Shown here one piece after another: positions 1-8,939 of a stretch of DNA of 20,000 nt (positions within the stretch are counted from its first letter, which is position 1; each line of letters opens with the position of its first letter). The DNA is taken from positions 223,077 through 243,076 of the forward strand of contig WELA01001035.1 in NCBI GenBank assembly GCA_009602735.1, in the 5' to 3' direction. This DNA comes from Mesotaenium endlicherianum (Eukaryota). A model generated the notes under the pieces. The model had not been told where the DNA came from, did no database searches, and saw nothing but the letters and a program-made list of their open reading frames with translations. Both the position numbers and the translations under genes were made by a program.

Positions 1-1994
1 CGCCGCCACCGCCCCCCGCCCCGCTGCGAGCAGCAGCAGCAGAAGGCTTCCTCTTGACGCCGACGCCGCCGCGGCCGTTTCCCCTGCCACTGGCCTCCCC
101 ACCCGCTCGGCCACCGCCCGCGCTGCAGTCGCTGCCGGGGGGGGTGGGGTCGGGCGTGCTCACACCTTCTCCTCCGACTCCTCCTTCGGCGCCGCCGCCG
201 CCACCATCATCGTCAATCTCCATCATGGCGTTGCCCGCGGGCTCCTGCGCGCGCGCACCGCACGGGCTGGCGGCGGCCTCGATGCCCGTTGGGCGGCTGC
301 TCTCGCAGAGCTTTGCGGGGGAGTCCTCCTCCGCAGCCAGCCGAGCGAGCTCGCGCAGACAGCTGTCCTCCCCGCTGTCATTTCCGCCGCTGTTTGCCGC
401 CGCGTCTCCTCCCTTGCCTTCTTTGCCTGCGCCGCCTCCTCCTCCTCCTCTACCTGCGCCTAACCCTTCCGCGCCATTGGTGCAGGCCATGTCGACGCGC
501 GAGGAGAGGTTGAGCGCCACGGCATCTTTGGCGCGCGCCAGGTCAGTGCTGCTGCGGCGGCCGGCGGGCCCCAGCGGCGACGGCGACGACAGGTGGCCAA
601 AGGCAATGCCGAGCGGCGACAGGTGGTCGTCCGGCAGGAGCCGCCGCCGCTTGCGCAGGATGGACGGCGTGGAGCGGAACGTCTTCGCCGCACTGCGTAG
701 CTTCGACGCCGACAGCGGCGTCTCCTGCTGCTGCTGCTGCGGCTGCTGCTGCTGGTGGCGGTGCGGGGACTGGTGCTGCTGGTGCTGGGGGCTGCTCATC
801 AGGAGGCTGGCCCCCATGCCCACGCCCAGTAGGGGCAGGGGCAGGGGGGACACGCTGGGGTAGCTGAGGGGGGTGCTGCACAGGGTGGGGAGGATCTGGC
901 GCACCCCCAGGGGGCTGTACATGAGCCGCGTGGCGTCGGAGGGGCTCGCCAGGTGGTATGCCTGGAACGGCTGCATCGTCATCATGTCATTCTCCAGCTG
1001 CAGCATGGGAGGCTCGTAGTACATGGAGTCGTCCAGCTGGCACGGCGGGGGCCCGCCGCTGTCCAGCTGGCACGCTTCTTCGAGGGCAAGTGGCATCTTG
1101 TACTCGCTGATGGCCAGCCTGGCCGCCCGGAACAGGGCCTCCTCCTCCTCCTCCCGCTGCCCCTCCTGCTGCTGCTGCTGCTGCAGCTGCTGCAGCTGCT
1201 CCCTTGTCCCTTCACGACGGCAAGGGTCACGTCCGCCTGGCACCACCGCGAGGCAGCTGTCATCGCCGTCATCGTCGTGGCTGACACATGTCGACCTCAC
1301 GCTGATCTGCTCCGTTAGGTTCTCCTCCTCCGTCTCCCGTGCCGAGTGAAGAGCAGCGGCAGCGGCCGCAGAGGCAGCGGCGGCGGCAACGGCGGCGGCA
1401 GCCGCTGCATCTCCAGCAGTTGCAGACTTCCTGGCGGGCCCCCTAATCTTGGGGTAGCTGAAGTGCGAAGGCAGCGCTGCGCCCAGTAGGGGGCTGCCAT
1501 GTGGACCTGTCTCCGCCAGCGTGCTGCGCGTTGCGTCAGCAGCAGCCGCCGCTGATGTGGCGGCGGCCTCGTCTGTCTGCGTGGCATCCACAGGCAGAGG
1601 CAGCTCACCCGCGCCCGCAATCCGCTGCTGCTGCTGCTGCTGCTGCGGCTGCCCAGAAAACCGGGGCAGGGCCGGGATGGGGCCCGAGAACGTGCACAGC
1701 GCAGCAAGCGCTGCCAGCGAGGCCGGGAAGCCGGGCGGCAGCTCGGCGGCCGTAAAGGCGGGCGGCAGGCCCGCGACGGACACGGGCAGCGGCGCAGGCG
1801 GGGGGATGAGCGACTTGGGCACGGGCGCCAGCGGGATGTCGGCGGCGGTGGGCAGCGGGTACGAGCTGGGGATGAGGGGCACGGGCGGGAAGCGAGCGGG
1901 CGGCAGCAGCTCCAGCCCCGCCAGGCCCTGCTGCTGCAGCTGCTGCAGCTGCAGATGCAGGGGCAAGGGCAGCCCCAGCCCCAGCCCCAGCGGG

Positions 1995-2027
<33 letters not shown>

Positions 2028-2561
2028 GGGGGCTGCTGCTGGTCTAGAGGCACGCCCTCCTCCTGCTGCTGCTGCACAGCGGCGGCGGCGTCGCCGCTGC
2101 TGCAGCGGGGGGGGGTGCGCGCGGGGAACGCGGGCCTAGGCGGCCGCGCGGGTTTGCCCGAGGCCGCTGACACCGACGCGTCGTTGCTAGTGGCCGTCCG
2201 CTCACTCTTGCTGCTCTCCTGCCGCCGCAACGCCGCTCCGCCCCCGCCCTTGGCCTTGCCCTTGCTCCCAACCCCACNNNNNNNNNNNNNNNNNNNNNNN
2301 NNNNNNNNNNNNNNNNNNNNNNNNNNNNNNNNNNNNNNNNNNNNNNNNNNNNNNNNNNNNNNNNNNNNNNNNNNNNNNNNNNNNNNNNNNNNNNNNNNNN
2401 NNNNNNNNNNNNNNNNNNNNNNNNNNNNNNNNNNNNNNNNNNNNNNNNNNNNNNNNNNNNNNNNNNNNNNNNNNNNNNNNNNNNNNNNNNNNNNNNNNNN
2501 NNNNNNNNNNNCCCTCCCGTGCCGCCTCCACCTCCCCCTCCTCCTCCTGCATGCAGCAACT

Positions 2562-2595
<34 letters not shown>

Positions 2596-3301
2596 CCCCG
2601 CAGCCCCACCCCCCCTGCCCCTCTCATTGTACCCGTACGCCTGCGCATGCTCCGCATACATGCTCGCGCCGCACTCCAGGCCGGCAGAGGAGGCCGACAG
2701 CTGCCGGTGGGGAGGATGCACCTGGACCTGCTGCTGCCCGTGATACGGTGCACCGCCACCCGCCTGGGCGAAGTACGAGCCCAAGTACGGACCCGGCACG
2801 CCCAGCTGTTCCATCTCACTTTTCACAACGATGCCCCCGCCGCCGCTGCCGCCGCCACCGCCCAGGCCCATGGCCAGCGCCCCTGCAGCGCCACCTTGCA
2901 CCATCCCGCTCGCTGCGCAGTCCCCATACGCCGCTGAGCAGGCAGCCCCTCCTGCCGTCAGTGCCCAGCCGCCTGCCCCCCCGCTGCTCTGCATAGCCTG
3001 CGCCTGACCCCCCCCCGCCGCCTCCGCGCCCCCCACGTGCAGCTGCTGCTGGTGCTGCTGGTGGTGGTGCGGCTGCTGCTGCTGCTGGGGTTCCGGCTCC
3101 TGCTCGTGCTTGTGCTCGTCATGCTGGTGCTGTTGCTGGTGCTCGTGCTGCTGCAGCGGCAGCTGCTGGTGCGGCAGCAGCTGCAGCTCCTCGTCAACCT
3201 GGTACTGCACGAGCGCGCGCGACACGGCGTCCGTGATGGCGGACGGGTCCACGCGCTTCTTCATGCAGCTGTTCCAGTGGTTCTTTATTGAGTTGTCCGT
3301 C
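1..3301 (-). CDS. MYB3R: MYB3R large exon: end of R3 plus long Q/G/A/P-rich C-terminal region; spans an N gap and continues past the window edge
   Basis: Acceptor GAGCAG ending at 3302, then TDNSIKNHWNSCMKKRV. After the gap (2278-2511) a minus-strand frame stays open from 2275 to base 1 and contains MYYEPP (~1024), YSPLGVRQ (919-896) and SAAKTFRSTPSILRKRRR (694-641). The frame differs across the gap, so the gap is mis-sized or hides an intron. Confidence 0.85.
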
Positions 3302-6300
3302 CTGCTCCCCCGCCCGCCCGCCCGCCCGCACCACCACGGAAGCAACATCAGCTTTCCGTGTCAGCGTGCTCGCCCGTCCGCCTGCTGATAGCAGCCATTG
3401 CACCCCCCACCATGCATGCGACGTTTGCGAGCCACATGCTTGGCCAAGAGCACAAGGGGCACTGCGCCAGGAGGCGAAGTATTGAGGTGGGTGGAGCCCG
3501 GGCAATCTCTCTGTAAGCGCTGTCAGTGCAGAGGCGCGCTGCAGGCAAGCACTCCCGTCACCCTTGCAGTCAAGCCCCACGCACCCGGTCCCTCCTGACG
3601 TGCTTGATCCCTCATAGCTTGCTTGCTGCATGGCAGCTGCTACTCGACACCAGAGAGCACATTCGCTCCGCGGAATCAAATGCGGAGGCACAGAAGCAGT
3701 CGCCACCTGCCGCATCCTCGCTCCTCTCCCCCGCCCCACACCCGGTACACCCCCCCNNNNNNNNNNNNNNNNNNNNNNNNNNNNNNNNNNNNNNNCCCCC
3801 CCTTCCCTAATCCCCGTCTGTATGAGTGCCAAGAATCTCTGCGTGCACTGCCACCAGCAGGCGGCAATGGAACCGGGCACCGTGCTTGCCCTACATGTTT
3901 GCAGAGAGCGGGAGAAAAGGCTGCTGATGTCCCCAGCAAAAGAGGGGCGCAGGACAACCAGGAGGGGGGGGATGCACCGGTGCGGTAGTAAGGTGCAAAG
4001 AGAAGGGAGAACAAAGGGCGGAATCGACCCGGAGGAGGGGGCAAGGAGAAGGAGGGGAGCAAACCTTCCCGGCAGGAACTTTGCGATCTCAGCCCACTTG
4101 TTGCCAAACGTGCGGTGGGCCTTGATGAGCGCCAGGTCCTCCTCCTCCGTCCACGAGTCCCGCTTTATGTTGGGGTTCAGGTGGTTGTGCCACCTATCGC
4201 ACCCTCGCAGAGGAGACAGATTGACGTGCAGACAGACGCGTGAGCGAGTGTGAGAGAGAGGAAGAGGAGGGGGGGCGGACGGGAGGTAGGTGGAGGCGGA
4301 GGGCGGGATGGGAGGTAGAGCCAGACAGGGAGGGAGGCAGAGGGAGAAGGAAGAGAAGAAAACACAAACAGAGAGGGAGAAAGAGGGAGGACGAGAGACG
4401 TGCGGCTCCGCCGGGTGCTCGAGAGAGCTGAGGCAATCTCAGGTGATTCGGAAGCGCCGGGTGGGCCAAAGACAATCGGCATGCACCGAATGTTTGGATG
4501 TTTGAGCCTTAGGGTACTCCAGACGATGGGGTAGGGTTGTAACATGGGGCGTCCCTGCCACTCTGCCTGGGCGAGGCATGCGCGCGCAAGTCGAGCGCGC
4601 CTAAGAGGAGGGGGGAGGTGCTGGCCGCCCTTCTGTCTGCCTCTTATTGCTCGCCTGCTCGGCCGCCCGCACATGGCGGTGCAGTGCGCTGCCAAAGCCA
4701 GAGAGGGAGCATGACATGTCGCCATGCTGACGGGACGGATTCGGAATGGGGCCTGATGCTGATTCTTGTTGCGGCGTGTCTGCGAGGCCACCTGTCCAGC
4801 CTGGCTGGCTGGCAGGCCGGCCCGCTGCATGAACCCGCCAGGAGAGGGAGAGCAGGCGCACTTCACACAGGCAAGCACTCACTCAGTCTGCGCGTGCTGC
4901 CTCAGTCTGCCAAGCAGGCCGGGAGGGGGAGGGAGCATGCCCGCAACGGGTGTCCCCTGGAGGTAGGTGGACATCCATGAAGTAGGTTCCCATGTACATA
5001 GACTACAACGATGTATGACGCGTGCTCTCATCGTCCTCACACGCCCCGCTCACACGGCGCATGGGTGGGTGGGTGGGCATGCCAAGGGGCATGCTTCTAC
5101 ATCATGCGCTTGCTTGCCATGCCTCCGCGCGCGCGCGCGCGTAACTTCAGTGCTTGCTCGTGCCCCGCGCGTACGTCTGTTCACACCGTGGGGTGACTCG
5201 GCGTGCCTCCATGCGTGCACTCGACCACATTGCTGGGTCACCTGCCGTTATGTGTTACTAGTACCCCTGTCCAGAGTGCCCCCTCACTTGCTGTGCCTCC
5301 GCGTGTCCACCTGTTTGCATTGCTCGTTCACTGGCAGCACCTCCCGGGTGCGCATGTGCGGGTGCGCACAAGCTCGCTGCTCGCCTCTTGCGGCGCGTTC
5401 ACATAGTTTGCTTACTCTCGTCATGCCTGGGTGTATGCGCGTGCGCACGCGCGCGCGCTTTTTGCGGCTCTCACCTCTCGCGACACTGCTTGCCGATGCG
5501 GCCGGGGAGGTTCTGTGCGATGACAGACCATTTCTTGGCTCCGTATTTCTCCACCAGCTCTAAAATGCGCTCGTCCTCCTGCCGCCCGCCCGCATGCCAC
5601 ACAGCCAGCCAGCAGCAGCGAGTACGGCCAGGCAGGCACCAGACCCCCTGTGAGCCTTCTCTCCGCCACTAGCAGCCGTGGGAGAGGTGACAGATGTCGC
5701 GCCCCACGCAGGTAGGCGAGCAGTGCACTCACACGCACAAACACTCTGCCAAACTCATAGACACGCTCACACAGATGCCCCGCACAGCTTGCGTCCTCTT
5801 TCTTTTGTACCTTTGGCACACGCCAACCACGCCTACGACCTATCTCAAGTACGCCTACACCGACTCCCCGCCACGCCTGTGCCAACACCCCTCTGCACAA
5901 GGTCGTCCGAACAGCAGCAGCAGCAGCAGGAGACAGAATACTTTGTTGTCAGGGTGGAGACGGATGCAAGTATCCCCCCCGTTACAGCTGTCAGGCAGGC
6001 ACGCCTGCAACAAGAGCCCCCTGGATGCGCCCAGTAGCAGGCGCACGCGGGAGGAAGGGGCTGGCTTGGTGGGAGGCCGCCTCACCTCTTTGGTCCAGGG
6101 CCCCTTGACCAGCGCGGGGTTGAGGACCTTCTGCCACCTGTGCAGGCACTGCACGTCGCTCCGGTCCGTGAAGAACTCGGCTGCAGGCCCCCCTCCCGCC
6201 GCGCATTCCCCATCAGACAAGCACACACAGAGGGAGAGAGAGGGGAGGGGAGAGAGAGGAACACGCGGGCGAGAGAGGGACAGAGGGAGCCAAACGCAGC

Positions 6301-7590
6301 GGCCCTAGCACCCTTGCCTATCCTGCTGCTCCTGCTCCCCTAGCCCTAGTTGCAGCGGCCGCGGTAAGAAGCCACTTACCGATTCAACAAGACATGCGGG
6401 GTACACAGAGACTGTCCTACAACAAGTTCCGCACAAGCCAATCACAGACAGCCACATCAGCATCCAGTACGCCCTGCGCTGCGCTTGAGGAGGCGATGCC
6501 CTCCTTACACTTGTCACTGTCGCTGCAAGGGGCGCATGCTGCGCGTATGCTGCACCCTCTCGGCCACACACCCTGACGACTTGCCACGATGATGCAGATG
6601 CCGCGGATGCGAAGGAGCGCCACATCAGCCCCTACATGCCATATCAACTCCCGTGTTGGCCTTGACTACCTGGCCTACATCTGACGCAAAACCCGGGTGG
6701 ACGACAGCCATGGCGGACATTCTGGGGGTAACTGACCTATTTTCTTCCAGTTCTTCCCCTTGTAGCACTGGACAGCTCGGCGGAGAATCTCGTCCTGGAA
6801 GCAAGCAAAAAGAGATCACCAAGAGGAGAGCTCTCAGACCCTGCACCAGGCTCTGCTGCTGTCATTGTCGGGAGATGTCGCAAAAATGTCTCCTGACACA
6901 GACGACATGCAAGCGTGCTTGTCCTCCCCCTCAAGTGCCTAGCTCTGACGCTTTCATGTGCGCATTTTGAACCATGGGGAAATTTTTCTTTGAAATCCAA
7001 GGCTACAGGGGTTGAACGAATCAAAATCCTCTGATCACCTGTTCAGCTTCAGTGGAAGGCGAAAGGGAGAATTACCGAATCTCTTCCTAAAGTTTGGGCC
7101 AGTGAGCTTATGTGCTGAGAAAAATCTGGTGACCGATTTAGACAACTGAGCATTCATATCCACCAGATTCACGCACGCCTCTATGCATGCAATTACATAT
7201 TGTAGGTTTCCACCCCCTAAAGAGTCGACATGAAAATCTACGGTCACAAGAAAATGATTATGACACCTACCTCTTCTGGCGTCCATCCTCCCTTGGAAGA
7301 ACGTCTGGTTGGTCCCCCGGTTGGCCTGCAAAAGCATAATCCAATGTCAAAGAAGGGTTTTCTTTCAGAAGTTTATTCATATTTCGAATTTTCTCAGACC
7401 CCTCCTCTTTCATGTACACGTACCCTTCAACTGGAGGAAGATTCTGAATCAATACGTCTCCCGAAGTTCCCCCCTCAGAAGATGAGGCCTGTGCTCCGTG
7501 TGTGTGCCCTGAGGAAGGAATACTCTGATTTAGAAACCCACTACTTATGTTAAGCCCACCCATCTCCATTGCTGGAGTTATGTCAGCCAT
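1..7590 (-). CDS. MYB3R: Three-repeat MYB (R1R2R3-MYB, MYB3R) transcription factor; multi-exon, 3'-partial. Coding exons: 7590-7424, 7325-7271, 6794-6737, 6180-6086, 5578-5475, 4193-4065, 3301-<1
   Basis: Manual splicing at GT-AG sites with matching phases gives GPTRRSSKGGWTPEE/DEILRRAVQCYKGKNWKKIA/EFFTDRSDVQCLHRWQKVLNPALVKGPWTKE/EDERILELVEKYGAKKWSVIAQNLPGRIGKQCRER/WHNHLNPNIKRDSWTEEEDLALIKAHRTFGNKWAEIAKFLPGR/TDNSIKNHWNS, the plant MYB3R R1-R2-R3 domain. C-terminal motifs YYEPP, YSPLGVRQ and LRSAAKTFRSTPSILRKR are also present. Confidence 0.96.
2278..2511. other. Assembly gap inside MYB3R coding region
   Basis: Run of N. Confidence 0.99.
3757..3795. other. Assembly gap inside MYB3R intron, flanked by poly-C
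   Basis: Run of N. Confidence 0.99.
4065..4193 (-). CDS. MYB3R: MYB3R exon, R2/R3 (WHNHLNPNIKRDSWTEEEDLALIKAHRTFGNKWAEIAKFLPGR)
   Basis: Acceptor GATAG ending at 4194, donor GTTTGC at 4064; 129 nt, phase 2 to 2. Confidence 0.97.
5475..5578 (-). CDS. MYB3R: MYB3R exon, R2 (EDERILELVEKYGAKKWSVIAQNLPGRIGKQCRER)
   Basis: Acceptor GGCAG ending at 5579, donor GTGAG at 5474; 104 nt, phase 0 to 2. Confidence 0.97.
6086..6180 (-). CDS. MYB3R: MYB3R exon, R1/R2 (AEFFTDRSDVQCLHRWQKVLNPALVKGPWTKE)
   Basis: Acceptor CTGCAG ending at 6181, donor GTGAG at 6085. The peptide is visible in ORF 5855..6226. Confidence 0.97.
6737..6794 (-). CDS. MYB3R: MYB3R exon, R1 (DEILRRAVQCYKGKNWKKI)
   Basis: Acceptor TTCCAG ending at 6795, donor GTCAGT at 6736; 58 nt, phase 0 to 1. 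Confidence 0.95.
7271..7325 (-). CDS. MYB3R: MYB3R exon, start of R1 (PTGGPTRRSSKGGWTPEE)
   Basis: Acceptor TTTTGCAG ending at 7326, donor GTAGGT at 7270. Matches the plant MYB3R motif GPTRRSxKGxWTxEE. Confidence 0.93.
7424..7590 (-). CDS. MYB3R: MYB3R first coding exon (MADITPAMEM...LPPVEG)
   Basis: ATG at 7590 in AAAATGGC context with an in-frame TGA 15 nt upstream. Donor GG|GTACGT at 7423 is phase 2, matching the next exon. The peptide itself is not conserved, so this exon is less certain. Confidence 0.7.
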
Positions 7591-7740
7591 TTTCAGGAGA
7601 CCTCATGCTAAATCTCCACGCTACTGATAAAACTCTCCATGGAGGTTATCAAGACATATTATTTGTGTTCGCTGCTATTGCCGCATCAACCATGGCCAGT
7701 TGGCAGTGGTTGGCATCCATGATCCTCCCAATGGCCCTGG

Positions 7741-7913
7741 CTGTAAATTAGACGGGGATGAGAAGACGAGGGAGAATTACTCTGCCAGCGGCTGCCTCGG
7801 GGAACGCAACGGCACGATTACTTTTTGTGTCACCAGTTTGAAATCCAAGTAGCTCAACGTCTTTCATCTTCCTCCACACCGGCTTATCGGTCCGTACCAC
7901 TACATCGGCTTAC
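7741..7913 (-). other. Putative 5'-UTR intron of MYB3R
   Basis: Donor TG|GTAAGC at 7913. Pyrimidine tract followed by CTAATTTACAG acceptor ending at 7741. No transcript evidence. Confidence 0.45.
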
Positions 7914-8522
7914 CACCAATTTCAAGAATTCGTCTCCGAGCATTTTCTGAATTTGTCCGAGGCCACCCGAGGCCACCCGAGGCAGTCCGAGTGCGTCCAA
8001 GTGTAGTACATGTGGAACCTTGACGCTTTTCAGGGTGCGTGCACGGTTATTGTACGGCGCTAAGAAAAAGTTTCAAAACTGCTCAACTATAAACGTGAGG
8101 AAATACGGTTGCAGCTGGTTGCAGGTGAGTGTCCCACTTGGCGGGTTTTCACCTTGAGCAGAAATCCTGCCGGGTCTTCAGAATCGATGAGAATAGGTTG
8201 GAATAGGTGGCAAAAAATGACCCAGGCGAAACCCAGGGCATACCTGTCCATGCCTGTCCATTCCAGTCAATACCTGTCCGCTCCCTGTGGCTTTTGCCGA
8301 AGCGCATCGAAGCCAGTACGATCGAGGTCAATCGCGACGCTGCTGTGGTTGGAAGTCTTGTGAGGGTTGCCCTTGGAACTTGGACCTCGATTTGAAATGC
8401 GATTCACGACCAGTTCACGACTTCCGCAGAGATGCCGTTGTACAGATAGAACATGTCAATTCAGTGGCGGTGTGGGATGTGCGAGAGAAAAGGAAACCAA
8501 AGAACATATGGCTAATGAGAAC

Positions 8523-8533
8523 AAAAAGCAAAA
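8523..8533 (-). terminator. Pol III oligo-T terminator of tRNA-Val
   Basis: TTTTGCTTTTT immediately 3' of the discriminator base on the minus strand. Confidence 0.75.
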
Positions 8534-8607
8534 TGGTTTCCGCCGGGTTCGAACCGGCGACCTTCTGCGTGTGAGGCAGACGTGATAACCAACTACACCA
8601 GGAAACC
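8534..8607 (-). tRNA. tRNA-Val(CAC): tRNA-Val, anticodon CAC
   Basis: Reverse complement is GGTTTCCTGGTGTAGTTGGTTATCACGTCTGCCTCACACGCAGAAGGTCGCCGGTTCGAACCCGGCGGAAACCA: 7-bp acceptor stem, anticodon stem TCTGC/GCAGA around CT-CAC-AC, T-arm GCCGG-TTCGAAC-CCGGC. No intron and no encoded CCA. Confidence 0.97.
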
Positions 8608-8939
8608 GAGTGAACACTCCGGTGATAACTAACATATTACTTCGTTAACCTGCTATCAAACGCGATGCAGATCAAGGGATTCGATGTCGCGCCAACTACT
8701 AGTTCGGCGCGGCACGTGTGGGCAAAGTCACGGCCGCCCAAGTACGAGAAATCGAAGTTGCCTTACCGACCAATTGTTTACATGTACAAGTTGACGTGGA
8801 AGACGTTAATCAGCCACACATGAGAATGTGATTGCAATTAATAAAACTTGAATTCCAGCGATGGATGGAGAATTGACAGGGAAGTTATGGCAAGGATCAC
8901 CCCATTAACCTGCAATGGTCTACTTCACCAGCTGCCAAT

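Noticed and set aside
2044..2277. Apparent MYB3R stop at 2044 or a frameshifted pseudogene
   Set aside because: Artefact of reading through an N gap of uncertain length; another frame is open from 2275 to 1 and holds the MYB3R motifs.
54..3400. Long plus-strand ORFs (54-863, 1521-2996 and others) with poly-C/poly-L peptides
   Set aside because: Antisense shadows of the GC-rich, CAG-rich MYB3R exon; the minus frame carries the conserved motifs.
3400..6700. Many 60-230 aa ORFs inside the MYB3R introns
   Set aside because: Expected by chance at high GC; only the short MYB exon segments are recognisable.
7807..8397. CAACGG (7807), TTTGAAA (7837, 8391) and TTGGCGGG (8138) as MSA, CHR and E2F sites
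   Set aside because: Fits a cell-cycle gene, but the words are 6-8 nt, imperfect and expected by chance; the TSS is unknown.
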